Positions 28,761-38,577 of a stretch of DNA of 64,000 bases are shown piece by piece. A model generated the notes under the pieces. It saw only the letters and a list, made by a program, of their open reading frames with translations, searched no databases and was not told the origin of the DNA. The DNA comes from Candidatus Altimarinota bacterium. Lineage in GTDB: Bacteria > Patescibacteriota > Gracilibacteria > CAIRYL01 > GCA-016699755. How positions within the stretch are numbered: the first letter of the stretch is position 1; each line of letters opens with the position of its first letter. The DNA lies in contig OY760935.1 in assembly GCA_963664295.1 (NCBI GenBank), positions 576,001 to 640,000 on the forward strand, in the 5' to 3' direction. The position numbers and the translations under genes are program-made.

Positions 28761-29423
28761 TTATACACTCACCACCTTCAGCTTTCCTTTAACTTTAAGA
28801 TTATCTTTGTCTTTTTCTTGCCATTCAAAATCAATTTCTTGACCCAAATCATCAGCGTTCATAAGAAGATTTTCCTGCATTTTTTCCTGCGATGGAATAG
28901 CACAATAAATCGTTTTTTGCGCTTGTAGCTCAGGAAAAGCAAGCACACTCTCAAAAGAAAAAGATAATTTTTCATTATCCAGCGTAATTAACATTGTACC
29001 TTTTTTGTTTAATTCAGCGTCTTCTTTGCCGTCTTCGCTATATAACTCTAACTTTTTAGTGCTAATTTTATCCACAACAGCAATACATCTAGGTTTTCCT
29101 AATTGTTCAGCAACTTGCTTTTGTTCTTCCTTGCTTAAATCCGCACCTAAACCGCTCAAAAGAGAGGCTATATCGCCTCCCTGAGCTTTTAAAATACTCT
29201 CCAAATCAGCCAAAAATTCAATTTGGCTATCAACTTTATATTGATGACCTTCAATATTTGCTAATAATTCCACATCAACAACAATGCGATGACTTGGGCT
29301 CATGTCCTCTGCAACTTGCTGGCCAGCTTGGTTCATAGCACCAAGCCCGCCAGAGTAAGCATCTTGCAAATCTTCCATTGCATCACCAAGGGCGCCAAAA
29401 TCTATACCAAAAGGGTTGTTCAT
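28761..29423 (-). CDS. Hypothetical protein
   Basis: 220-aa ORF co-oriented with a lipoprotein gene. Confidence 0.7.
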   Translation of the reverse strand: MNNPFGIDFGALGDAMEDLQDAYSGGLGAMNQAGQQVAEDMSPSHRIVVDVELLANIEGHQYKVDSQIEFLADLESILKAQGGDIASLLSGLGADLSKEEQKQVAEQLGKPRCIAVVDKISTKKLELYSEDGKEDAELNKKGTMLITLDNEKLSFSFESVLAFPELQAQKTIYCAIPSQEKMQENLLMNADDLGQEIDFEWQEKDKDNLKVKGKLKVVSV

Positions 29424-29432
29424 AAATAAAAG

Positions 29433-29981
29433 CTATTGTTGAGCTTTTCGAACCATAATTTGAACTTGTTTATATTCTTTGTCGTGTGATACAGAAATTG
29501 TGTATTTACCTTCAAATTTGCCATTCAAAGTATTAGTCACAGACATAACAGATGCTGACCAACCTGCATCTTCTAAATCAGCTTCATATTTCTCCAAAGC
29601 ATCTTCATCAACTTCATCAAAATCAACAATCCAAGAGCCCATACCACTTACATTTTCCTGAGCAGAGCCATATTTAAACTCTGGCACCTCAGAAGGCATA
29701 TCACTTGGCCAAGAACCAGCTGTGCTATCATTAGAATTATATTTATCATCACTTTGATTCCACACACTATCTTTATCATTAGAAGCATCGCAATTTTTCT
29801 TGCACATAGCTACATTTTCACTACCTCCTCCCCATTCTTCACACTGCGCATAACATTCATTTTTTCCAAATTCATCATCATTTTGACCAGAAGCTTGCTC
29901 ATTTTCTTCAGCATGATGACAGCCAGCTAGAACAGCTGTAAATAAAGTCATAAAACAAAAAATTGCCAATGTTTTTTTCAT
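29433..29981 (-). CDS. Putative lipoprotein
   Basis: VLAGC lipobox; CxxxC...CxxxC; WP...P.. and Y...L..AGW motifs. Confidence 0.75.
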   Translation of the reverse strand: MKKTLAIFCFMTLFTAVLAGCHHAEENEQASGQNDDEFGKNECYAQCEEWGGGSENVAMCKKNCDASNDKDSVWNQSDDKYNSNDSTAGSWPSDMPSEVPEFKYGSAQENVSGMGSWIVDFDEVDEDALEKYEADLEDAGWSASVMSVTNTLNGKFEGKYTISVSHDKEYKQVQIMVRKAQQ

Positions 29982-30146
29982 TATAAATTTAAAAAATAAA
30001 AAAATATGGCTTTAATATACTCTTTTTTTGAATTTATGCAAAACTGTTTTTTTGAAATTTAAAAAACTAAACAAACATAATTACTAAAAAAATCCACCTA
30101 ATCCAATGAAAAATGCGAGCAAGCCTGAAACGCTCAGGTTTCCTAC

Positions 30147-30554
30147 TCGAACCCACGGGTTCTTATCTCTGTTTCTCATTCGCAGGAGCAAAACCTCGTG
30201 CCTTTGGCACGAGAACTTGCTCCTGGCGGGACACTCGGGTCTCCTACCTTTTTGGGTAAAAATGAGAAGATGCAAAAAAATAGCGAACGCCAGTGAGCGA
30301 GAGGGGTGAATTGGGCGGGCGTGTACCGCCCAAGAGGGGCGACGCTAGCCCCTTATAATTGGCGGAGAGAACGGGATGCTCATTTTTTCGGAGCTTTGCT
30401 CCTCAAAAATAAGGCCTTCTGCGCTCGCTCGGAATTTTGCGCAAGCACAAATTCACTCGCTCGCTTGAGTGTCGAACCCACGGGTTCTTATCTCTGTTTC
30501 TCATTCGCAGGAGCAAAACCTCGTGCCTTTGGCACGAGAACTTGCTCCTGGCGG
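30147..30554. repeat. 83-bp direct repeat (30147-30229 and 30472-30554) plus duplicated tRNA-Ser 3' end (30360-30377)
   Basis: Identical copies containing hairpin CAGGAGCAA..CTCGTGCC-TTT-GGCACGAG..TTGCTCCTG. Confidence 0.9.
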
Positions 30555-30636
30555 AGAGAACGGGATTCGAACCCGTGGTGACTTTCGCCACACACGCTTT
30601 CCAAGCGTGCGCATTCGACCACTCTGCCATCTCTCC
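30549..30636 (-). tRNA. tRNA-Ser(GGA)
   Basis: GGAGAGA/TCTCTCC acceptor, CACGC-TTGGAAA-GCGTG, long variable arm, CCA. Confidence 0.95.
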
Positions 30637-30662
30637 TTAGTTTAATATTTTTTCTGACTTGC

Positions 30663-30717
30663 GCACGCTTGTTTTTTGCGTGCTCTATTCATATTGCGAC
30701 CACTCTGCCATCTCTCC
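30663..30717 (-). pseudogene. Degenerate copy of the tRNA-Ser 5' half
   Basis: First 21 nt identical (GGAGAGATGGCAGAGTGGTCG), then GCACGC..GCGTGC stem with altered loop. Confidence 0.65.
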
Positions 30718-30791
30718 TGAAAAATCAAGATACAAAAAAGACGCTTTTAATTTATATTTTTCGCGCCTTTTAATCAAACAAAATTATTTAT

Positions 30792-30980
30792 CTATGCTTT
30801 ATTTAATGTTTTTAAGCATTTTGTGCATATTTTTTTTCTTGAAAATGCTTTTTTTACAGGATCCCAAATTCTTTTTCTAATCAAATTTGGCAAAAATTTT
30901 CTTTTTGTCCTGCGAACAGAATGACTAACATTATTTCCTGTTGAGCTTTTTTTCCCGCACATTTCACATACTTTTGCCAT
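30792..30980 (-). CDS. rpmB: 50S ribosomal protein L28
   Basis: CEMCGK..STGNNVSHS.RRTKR.F.PNL. Confidence 0.95.
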   Translation of the reverse strand: MAKVCEMCGKKSSTGNNVSHSVRRTKRKFLPNLIRKRIWDPVKKAFSRKKICTKCLKTLNKA

Positions 30981-31043
30981 TGTTTTTTTTAATATATCTT
31001 TTAAAATGCTAAGAGATTTTCTATTATTTTTCGTATTTAGTCA

Positions 31044-31685
31044 ATGAATTTTTTAGGTTTTGAGTCTTTAACAGGTTTACTTATATTTTCAGCTATATTT
31101 TTATTCTCTATTTCTTTCCATGAAGCTGCTCATGCTTATGTGGCTTATCAGCTTGGTGATCCTACTGCAAAAATAAATGGTAGAATTACTTTAAATCCAC
31201 TTAAGCATCTTGACCTTCTTGGTGCTTTGGCATTTTTCATTATTGGTGTTGGCTGGGCTAAACCTGTACCTATCAATCCTAATAATTTTCAAAATCGCAG
31301 AAAAGGCATTATGCTCAGCTCTCTTGCTGGTCCTGTGTCTAATTTCTTTCTTGCTTTATGTGGTGGATTACTATTTGCAATTGCTATAAATTTTTCCTGG
31401 CTCTTACTTGTTGCTATTGCCAATGGAATTATTTTTATTAACACCTTGTTAATGATTTTTAATTTAATTCCTATTCCTCCTTTGGATGGAGCTGGGGTTT
31501 TGGGATATTTTATTCCTCGTAGATATCGCGAACAATGGAACAATTTTGAAGAAAATGGCTCAATGGTCTTACTTATCATCATTGGTATTCAGTTCTTTTT
31601 TAATATTCCTATTTTTTATTGGATTATCTTTGTTCCTGCTAATTATATTATGTACTTTATTAAGCTTATTTCAGGTATTTTCTAA
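31044..31685 (+). CDS. Site-2 protease (M50) family
   Basis: HEAAH, GDPT, AGP, NLIPIPPLDG. Confidence 0.93.
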   Translation: MNFLGFESLTGLLIFSAIFLFSISFHEAAHAYVAYQLGDPTAKINGRITLNPLKHLDLLGALAFFIIGVGWAKPVPINPNNFQNRRKGIMLSSLAGPVSNFFLALCGGLLFAIAINFSWLLLVAIANGIIFINTLLMIFNLIPIPPLDGAGVLGYFIPRRYREQWNNFEENGSMVLLIIIGIQFFFNIPIFYWIIFVPANYIMYFIKLISGIF

Positions 31686-32933
31686 GTTTTTCACTATTCG
31701 TACTCGCTCTATTTTTTTGTCCCCCATTTTATCAACCACAATATATATTCCACCTAAGTCGATTTTTTCACCATTTTTTGGAAAACGACCTAATTTTTCT
31801 AGTACTATCAATGAAATTGCTTTTGAATCATCAGGATCAATGCTAATGCCAACATGATTTTCTATTTCATCTAAAGTTGCATTGGCTTCTGCTAGCCAAG
31901 AATTTTCAGATACTTTTTTAATATGGTCTATTGGTATGTCTGACTCATCTTCTATTTCTCCAAAAATTTCTTCCATAAGATCTTCAAGTGTACAAAGACC
32001 TTCTGTGCCTCCATGTTCATCTACTATAATTGCTATTTGTACTTTTTCTTTTTGAAAATCTTTGAGCGCAAATGATATTTTGCGAGTATGTGGTATAAAC
32101 AAGACATCTTTTAGTTCTAATGCTAATAATTTTTTACTCCCATCATAACTTTTGTGGTATTCAAGTAAGTCTCTAAGTGTAATTATGCCTATAATATTAT
32201 CTAAATCATCTTGATATACTGGTATTCTGGAATGAGAATGATTTATTGCAAAATCAACTGCTTCATCAAGTGTAAATTCTTGATTTAATGCGTCTATTTT
32301 GGTTCGTGGGGTCATTACTTCTGCTACTGTTGTATCAGAAAACTCTAGAACATTTTCTATTATATCTTTTTCTCCTTTTTTTAGCGCTCCACCTTCTTCG
32401 CCGATCTCTGCAAGAGCAAGTAATTCGCTTTCTACATCAGCCTCTGACAGTTTCTTTTTTTTCTTTTTTGAAACTAAATTGCTAAATTTTTCTAAAAACC
32501 AAACTAAAGGATAAAGAACAAGACAAAGATATTTAACAAAAGGAGAGGTAAAAAGAGAAAAAGATGATGCATGTGTTTGGGCGTATGTTTTTGGCAAAAT
32601 TTCACCAAAAACAAGAATTAATAAAGTTAAAAGACCTGTTGCAATACCAAGAGCTTGTGAGCCAAATGATTTTGTCACATAAACAGTAGTCAAAACTGAT
32701 GCTAAGATGTTTACAAAATTATTACCTATTAAAATAGTAATAATTAGCTTGTGTGGATGATTTTTTAACCACACCAAAGCAGAAGATCCTCGTTTTTTTT
32801 GATCTTTTAATGCACGCACTTTTGCCTCTGTCAAAGACAATAAAGCTACCTCCGAAGCAGAAAACAAGCCTGAGAGTAAAAAACTAATTAGAAGGAAAAT
32901 TAAAATCCACAACTGCGAGTCTGGGTCGTCCAT
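31671..32933 (-). CDS. CNNM/CBS/CorC (HlyC/CorC-family) protein
   Basis: FSASE, GEILPK, VMTPR, HSRIPV, VDEHGGTEG..TLED..EEI.GEI.DE. Confidence 0.93.
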   Translation of the reverse strand: MDDPDSQLWILIFLLISFLLSGLFSASEVALLSLTEAKVRALKDQKKRGSSALVWLKNHPHKLIITILIGNNFVNILASVLTTVYVTKSFGSQALGIATGLLTLLILVFGEILPKTYAQTHASSFSLFTSPFVKYLCLVLYPLVWFLEKFSNLVSKKKKKKLSEADVESELLALAEIGEEGGALKKGEKDIIENVLEFSDTTVAEVMTPRTKIDALNQEFTLDEAVDFAINHSHSRIPVYQDDLDNIIGIITLRDLLEYHKSYDGSKKLLALELKDVLFIPHTRKISFALKDFQKEKVQIAIIVDEHGGTEGLCTLEDLMEEIFGEIEDESDIPIDHIKKVSENSWLAEANATLDEIENHVGISIDPDDSKAISLIVLEKLGRFPKNGEKIDLGGIYIVVDKMGDKKIERVRIVKNLENT

Positions 32934-33002
32934 ATATTTATAAATTCATGAAAAATTTTGCCTAAGTGAAAAAAATAAGTCAAGAAAAGAAAAAATTATT
33001 TT

Positions 33003-33030
33003 TTGACAATAATAAGCAATTAGTTATAAT
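33003..33030 (+). promoter_or_regulatory. Consensus promoter TTGACA-16-TATAAT
   Basis: Exact hexamers upstream of ORF 33037. Confidence 0.6.
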
Positions 33031-33036
33031 TTATAA

Positions 33037-33372
33037 TTGCCTAATAACAATTTGATGGAAAATCAATTCAAAAAAGCTGAAAGAATTGATCCCCTCAATT
33101 TACCTAGCTGTTTAATAGACAAAATAGACAGTACTGGCTACACAAATATCTTTTTTTGCCCAAAAGGCTATAAACAAATTATTTTTGGCATAAGAGAAGG
33201 AGTAATGCTATTTTGCCCCCAAGCTTTTGCTAGTGCGAATATTTGTTTTCAAGATCATCAAATAGTGAATTGCCCCATTGGAGTTTTGGGTTATGTTTCT
33301 AGTGATCTTAAAAAAATTCTCACAGAAATTAGTGATGAAGTTTTAGATGAGCTAGAAAAATGTAAAATTTAA
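33037..33372 (+). CDS. Hypothetical Cys-containing protein (start possibly ATG 33055)
   Basis: 111-aa ORF with own promoter; repeated (F)CP motifs. Confidence 0.55.
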   Translation: MPNNNLMENQFKKAERIDPLNLPSCLIDKIDSTGYTNIFFCPKGYKQIIFGIREGVMLFCPQAFASANICFQDHQIVNCPIGVLGYVSSDLKKILTEISDEVLDELEKCKI

Positions 33373-33998
33373 AGATTTTCTCCCCATTGTGCAGGGTTTT
33401 CTTTAAATTTCATAACCAAATCAATTTGTTCTTTGTTGATATAGCCTTTTTCTTCTGCCATTGGAATTAATTCAGAAAAATCAGTAAGAGTCCAGTGTTT
33501 TACCTGCTTGCTGTCAAAATTTTCTTTTATAGCTGGCAATTGCCAACTCATTACAGCTAAAACCCCCAAAACCTCACATTGACCTTCGTTTTCTACTGCA
33601 TCTACTGTGATCATAGAGCTTTTTGCAGTTGAAATAAGGTCTTCAATAATCAAAACCTTGCTTCCTTCTGGCATTCTTCCTTCAATTTGTTTTTTTGTAC
33701 CATGTCCTTTTGGTGCATTACGAACAAAAACCATTGGTAATTTTAATCTATCTGCCAAAAAAGATGCCCATGGAATACCTGCAGTAGCAGTACCAGCCAA
33801 AAAATCAGGTTTTAAATTCTCTTCTTCCATTTTTTGGATTAGTGCTTCTATAATCCTGTCTCTTTCTTTGACAAAAGAAATTAAAACACGATTATCGCAA
33901 TAAACAGGAGCTTTTATACCGCTTGTCCACGTAAAAGGTGGATCCATTTTTACCTTTACTGCCTCTAAATCTAAAAGAATTTCCGCTATTTGTTTCAT
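33369..33998 (-). CDS. pyrE: Orotate phosphoribosyltransferase
   Basis: FTWTSGIKAPVYCDNR, GTATAGIP, K.HG, IIEDLIST. Confidence 0.95.
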   Translation of the reverse strand: MKQIAEILLDLEAVKVKMDPPFTWTSGIKAPVYCDNRVLISFVKERDRIIEALIQKMEEENLKPDFLAGTATAGIPWASFLADRLKLPMVFVRNAPKGHGTKKQIEGRMPEGSKVLIIEDLISTAKSSMITVDAVENEGQCEVLGVLAVMSWQLPAIKENFDSKQVKHWTLTDFSELIPMAEEKGYINKEQIDLVMKFKENPAQWGENL

Positions 33999-34004
33999 AT
34001 TGTT

Positions 34005-34799
34005 TTAAAAATAAATTTTTTGACCTTCCGGACCTCGCTTAAAAGATCCAAAATCACTTTGACTTAAAATAAAATCACCACTAACAACAGGCCCATCAGT
34101 ACACATTCTTTTGCCGTTTAATACACACTGACCACAAACACCAAAACCGCACTTCATATAACGCTCAACAGAAACTTCGCAAGACACATTATTTGCTTTT
34201 GCAATTTCTGCCACTTTTTTCATCATCAATTCTGGCCCACAAGTTTGGATCATGTCTATTTTTTCTTTTTTTAGAAGATTTTCCAAGATATTAGTGACAA
34301 AACCTTTTTCTCCACAACTACCATCATCAGTGGCAATGCAAGTATTAAAACCACTTTCCTCACACTCTTTATTAAAAACAATTAAATCATCACACCTAGC
34401 ACCAATAAGCGCATGTACATCACAAGCGTTTTTTTGATGTTCTTCACCAAGGAAGTGCAATGGTGCAGCGCCAAAACCACCAGCAACCAAAGCAACTTTT
34501 TTATTTTTTAACACAGAAAATCCTTTACCAAAAGGCCCTCTAATTCCCACGCTATCCCCTTCTTTCAGTTCAAAAACTTTTTCTGTAAAAGGACCAACCT
34601 TAGAAATAGCTAACCAAAGCTCTTTGCCATTATCTTTAGCTATTGAAAAAGGCTTCTCATCAACACCAGGAAGCCATAAATTAACAAATTGCCCAGGCAA
34701 AGATCCAAAATCTTCGCATTCCAAAACAAAAGTCTTAACATCTCTGGCTGTGTCAGAGATTTTTAAAATTTTGCAGGTTTTTGGTAATAAGTAAGGCAT
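34005..34799 (-). CDS. pyrK: Dihydroorotate dehydrogenase electron transfer subunit
   Basis: PGQFV, KPFS, GPFGKGF, GGFG.AP, TDDGS.G, MKCGFGVCGQC...C.DGPV. Confidence 0.92.
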   Translation of the reverse strand: MPYLLPKTCKILKISDTARDVKTFVLECEDFGSLPGQFVNLWLPGVDEKPFSIAKDNGKELWLAISKVGPFTEKVFELKEGDSVGIRGPFGKGFSVLKNKKVALVAGGFGAAPLHFLGEEHQKNACDVHALIGARCDDLIVFNKECEESGFNTCIATDDGSCGEKGFVTNILENLLKKEKIDMIQTCGPELMMKKVAEIAKANNVSCEVSVERYMKCGFGVCGQCVLNGKRMCTDGPVVSGDFILSQSDFGSFKRGPEGQKIYF

Positions 34800-36145
34800 T
34801 ATTCGCCAATATTATAAATATCTAAATTATCTTCACCAACTCTCTCTACAATTTTATCAACAATATCATCAAGAGGAAATGTTTCTTGTGCTCCTCTTTC
34901 CATATTGCGCAGAATAAAGATATTTTCACGCACTTCAACTTCACCAAGAATAATAGTCCAATCAACATTAAATTTATCTGCCATTCTAAGCTGTGCTTTC
35001 ATGCTGGTTTTTCCCATAGCACCAAGAGCATGCACTCCCCTGTCGTTTAAATCTGCAAGAATTTTTACTGCCTTTTTCTTTGCAAGATCACCAAGACAAG
35101 CCACATAAACATGAATTTTATCTTTGTCCGGAGGTTGCACGCCAGCTTCTTTAAGGTGTGAAATAACTCGCTCCATACCAAAAGCAACACCAGCAGAAGG
35201 AGTTGGCTGACCGCCAAGAATTTCAGCTAAGCCATCATAACGACCTCCACCACCAATAGCATTCTGTGCTCCTTCGTTTTTATCCCAAAACTCAAAAACA
35301 GTATCAGAATAATAATCAAGACCTCTGACTAATTTTTTGTTTTCATTATATTTAATGCCAAGTTCATCTAAGAATTCTTTTACTTTTTCGTAATAATCTT
35401 TGCTGTCTTGATCCAAAAAATCGTCAAATTTAGGAGCAACAGAGGCCAAAATCTGACAATCTTCATTTTTACAATCCAAAATTCTTAAAGGATTTTTTTC
35501 TAATCTCCTCTTACAATCCTCGCACAAATTGCGCTCTCTGCCAAAAAAATGATTTTGCAATGCTTCTTCGTATGCCTTACGAACCTCAGGAGTGCCTATG
35601 GTGTTAATTTGCAACTCAAAACGATCTGCAATACCCAAATCTTCTAAAATCTTCACAGAAAGCAAAATAACCTGCACATCAATAGAATAATCACGAGCAC
35701 CAATTACCTCAAATCCAAATTGCCAAAATTGTCTATAGCGACCTTTTTGCGGACGATCATAACGAAAATGAGGCTCAATATAATAAAGCTTTACTGGCTG
35801 AGACCATGAGCTCATACCATTTTCAATATAAGAACGCATAATAGAAGCTGTGCTTTCTGGCTTCATAACAAGTTTTTTGCCTGAGCGACTCTCAAGACAA
35901 AACATTTCTTTTTCTACAATATCAGTAGCATCGCCAATACCTCTTTCAAAAACTTCTCTATTTTCCAAAATAGGCGTACTTATGCGACGAAAACCAGCTT
36001 GCCTACAACGGTGGCGTACTGCCTTTTTTACAACTGTAAAATACTCATGATCAGCAGGCAAAATATCCTTCATACCTCTAACAGCTTGAATTTTTGCTTG
36101 TTGTTGTTCATTTTGTTCATTTTCTGGTGTATTTTCTTCTGTCAT
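34799..36145 (-). CDS. hisS: Histidine--tRNA ligase
   Basis: RGMKD, KEM, FRYDRPQKGRYRQF.Q, LVRGLDYY, GGGRYD. Confidence 0.98.
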   Translation of the reverse strand: MTEENTPENEQNEQQQAKIQAVRGMKDILPADHEYFTVVKKAVRHRCRQAGFRRISTPILENREVFERGIGDATDIVEKEMFCLESRSGKKLVMKPESTASIMRSYIENGMSSWSQPVKLYYIEPHFRYDRPQKGRYRQFWQFGFEVIGARDYSIDVQVILLSVKILEDLGIADRFELQINTIGTPEVRKAYEEALQNHFFGRERNLCEDCKRRLEKNPLRILDCKNEDCQILASVAPKFDDFLDQDSKDYYEKVKEFLDELGIKYNENKKLVRGLDYYSDTVFEFWDKNEGAQNAIGGGGRYDGLAEILGGQPTPSAGVAFGMERVISHLKEAGVQPPDKDKIHVYVACLGDLAKKKAVKILADLNDRGVHALGAMGKTSMKAQLRMADKFNVDWTIILGEVEVRENIFILRNMERGAQETFPLDDIVDKIVERVGEDNLDIYNIGE

Positions 36146-36288
36146 TTTTGTTTAAAAACTGACGAGTATTAAAGCATATTTTTCGCAAAAAAGAAAGGTT
36201 TTGTTAAATTTCTATTGCAAAAATTAGGTTTTTTTAAGAAAATATACAGGCTGAAAACATAAGAACAGCACTAAATTAGCTTATATAA

Positions 36289-36364
36289 AGGTGGGTAGCT
36301 CAGTTGGTAGAGCATCGGTCTCCAAAACCGAGTGTCGCGGGTTCGAATCCTGTCCCACCTGCCA
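36289..36364 (+). tRNA. tRNA-Trp(CCA)
   Basis: AGGTGGG/CCCACCT acceptor, TCGGT-CTCCAAA-ACCGA, GTTCGAAT, CCA. Confidence 0.95.
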
Positions 36365-36393
36365 TTTTTAATATAATTTTAATAGCTAAAAAC

Positions 36394-36420
36394 AAAAAAA
36401 CCGCCTAATAAAGCGGTTTT
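36394..36420. terminator. Bidirectional terminator between tRNA-Trp and rpsS
   Basis: A7-CCGC..GCGG-T4. Confidence 0.75.
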
Positions 36421-36444
36421 ATAATTTCTTAATAATTATTTTTC

Positions 36445-36723
36445 TTATCCTCTGGCTTGTTGTTTTGCCATCTTACCACCATGACTTTTAAACTTACGAG
36501 TTGGAGCAAATTCACCTAATCTGTGACCAACCATGTTTTCAGTCACATAAACTGGAACATGTTGCTTGCCATTATAAACAGCAAAAGTATGACCAACAAA
36601 ATCAGGATGAATTTCTGAGGCTCTTGCCCAAGTTTTAATAACTTTACCGCCTTTATCGGCCTGCTTAACCTTTTTCATAAGGTTTTCATCAACATAAGGG
36701 CCTTTTTTTAAGCTTCTTGCCAT
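36445..36723 (-). CDS. rpsS: 30S ribosomal protein S19
   Basis: [20 protein letters not shown]. Confidence 0.98.
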   Translation of the reverse strand: MARSLKKGPYVDENLMKKVKQADKGGKVIKTWARASEIHPDFVGHTFAVYNGKQHVPVYVTENMVGHRLGEFAPTRKFKSHGGKMAKQQARG

Positions 36724-36738
36724 ATAATTAAACTAAAA

Positions 36739-37581
36739 TTATCTTTTTTTGCGTGTTCTACGCTTAATAATAAATTTACTTGAAGGTTTGCGTGCTTTGC
36801 GGGTTTTTTTACCAAGTGCAGGTGCTCCCCAAGGTGTTTTTGGGTGCTTAAGACCAATTGGAGAATGACCTTCACCACCACCATGTGGATGGTCGCAAGG
36901 GTTCATAGATTTACCAAGAACTTGTGGTCTTCTGCCTAATTTTCTTTTTCTACCTGCTTTTCCTATGCGCACCAATGAATGATCCTCATTAGAAACTTCA
37001 CCTATTGTTGCAAAACAGTCTTTATGAAAATATCTTACTTCTTTTGAAGGAAGCTCAACCTGAGCCATATCACCATCAAGAGAAACAAGACGAGCGCTTG
37101 TGCCAGCACTGCGAACAATTTGACCCCCCTTGCCTGCTAAAAGCTCAAGATTATATATTCTATATCCAACTGGTATGTTTTTTAGCATTAATCTATTTCC
37201 CATTTTAATTTTTGCTTTTGGATCACATACAACTTCATCGCCTGCTTTCATGCCTTTTGGAGCTATGATAAGCCTTTTTTCACCATCTACATAATACAAA
37301 AGTGCAATATTTGCAGTTCTGTTTGGATCATAGTGCAAAGAGTTTACTTTTGCAGGTATACCCATTTTATCAATCCTCAAAAAATCAATTTTTCTAATGT
37401 GTCTTTTAACACCTCCGCCTCTATGGCGTACTGTAATATGGCCATGAGAATTGCGTCCACTTGTAGATTTTTTCTTTACAAGTAAATTTTTTGGGAGTTT
37501 TTCACTAGAAATCCCCTCTCGAACGAGATAACTCATTTTTCTTTGGCCGGGTGTGACTGGTTTTACTACTTTTACTGGCAT
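36739..37581 (-). CDS. rplB: 50S ribosomal protein L2
   Basis: YDPNR, RSAG, MNPCDHPHGGGEG. Confidence 0.98.
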   Translation of the reverse strand: MPVKVVKPVTPGQRKMSYLVREGISSEKLPKNLLVKKKSTSGRNSHGHITVRHRGGGVKRHIRKIDFLRIDKMGIPAKVNSLHYDPNRTANIALLYYVDGEKRLIIAPKGMKAGDEVVCDPKAKIKMGNRLMLKNIPVGYRIYNLELLAGKGGQIVRSAGTSARLVSLDGDMAQVELPSKEVRYFHKDCFATIGEVSNEDHSLVRIGKAGRKRKLGRRPQVLGKSMNPCDHPHGGGEGHSPIGLKHPKTPWGAPALGKKTRKARKPSSKFIIKRRTRKKR

Positions 37582-37583
37582 AA

Positions 37584-37943
37584 TTATTTCTTAGTTTCTT
37601 TATCTTTTTTAGCAGGAGCTTTTTTTTCTGCCTTTTTGGCTGATTTTGTCGAACCTGCAAATTTCAATACTTCAAATGAAGTTCCTTTTTTAAATTGAAT
37701 ATAAGCTTTTGCTTTTTCGCCTCTTTTTGTTCTTTCTTTTCCTCTGCCAACTAATTTTACCTTTTTTGGTGTTCTTGCCATACGCACAGAATCAACATTA
37801 GCTCCCCAAAATTTTTTAAAAGCATTTTTAATATCAATTTTTGTAGCATCTGGATGCACAAAAAAGGCAAACTGATTATTTTCTTGTAATCTCACGCTTT
37901 TTTCTGTGGTGACTTGGCCTACAACTACTTGATGTAAATTCAT
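37584..37943 (-). CDS. rplW: 50S ribosomal protein L23
   Basis: TEKS, F.V...ATK..IK.A; between rplD and rplB. Confidence 0.93.
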   Translation of the reverse strand: MNLHQVVVGQVTTEKSVRLQENNQFAFFVHPDATKIDIKNAFKKFWGANVDSVRMARTPKKVKLVGRGKERTKRGEKAKAYIQFKKGTSFEVLKFAGSTKSAKKAEKKAPAKKDKETKK

Positions 37944-38572
37944 TTTTTATCAGTAAAAATCTCTTCTGTTTTTGCTATAGCGTCTTTTAAGAAAAGTATT
38001 TTCTCTGCTTTTAATATGTCGTGAATATTTAAAAAATTTGCCAATACAACTTCTACATTTGGCAAATTTGACGCACTTTTTTCAATAATCATGTCTTTTC
38101 CTGAAAGCACAACCAGCACTTTTTTTTCAACTGGTAATTTTTCTACAAGTTGAGCAAATGCTTTTGTGCTCGGTTTTTCTGCTTTAAACTCTTCTAGTGC
38201 TAATATTTCTTCTGCTTTTGCTTTTAAGCTTAATGCACCGAAAAGAGCTTTTCTGCGCATTTTTTTTGGCATTTGTTTGGTGTAATTTTCTTCACCAGTA
38301 GGACCAAAAACAGCTCCACCACCTCTCCATTGCGGAGAGCGAATAGAACCTTGACGAGCACGACCTGTGCCTTTTTGTCTCCAAGGTTTTCTGCCTCCAC
38401 CACGAACATCACTTCTATTTTTTGCATAAGCTGTTGCTACTCTTTGATTAGCAAGATGACGAACAAGCGCTTCATGCAAAAGACCTTCTTTTGCTTCAAC
38501 CTCAAAAATATCTTTTGGCAAATCTATTGTGCCTTTTTTTGCGCCGTCTTGTGTAAATAATGGTGCTTTCAT
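37940..38572 (-). CDS. rplD: 50S ribosomal protein L4
   Basis: GGGRKPWRQKGTGRARQGS. Confidence 0.98.
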   Translation of the reverse strand: MKAPLFTQDGAKKGTIDLPKDIFEVEAKEGLLHEALVRHLANQRVATAYAKNRSDVRGGGRKPWRQKGTGRARQGSIRSPQWRGGGAVFGPTGEENYTKQMPKKMRRKALFGALSLKAKAEEILALEEFKAEKPSTKAFAQLVEKLPVEKKVLVVLSGKDMIIEKSASNLPNVEVVLANFLNIHDILKAEKILFLKDAIAKTEEIFTDKK

Positions 38573-38577
38573 TTTTA

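Noticed and set aside
30084-30880. Several 63-91 aa ORFs around tRNA-Ser
   Set aside because: They overlap the tRNA and its repeats on both strands; by-products of GC-rich structured DNA.
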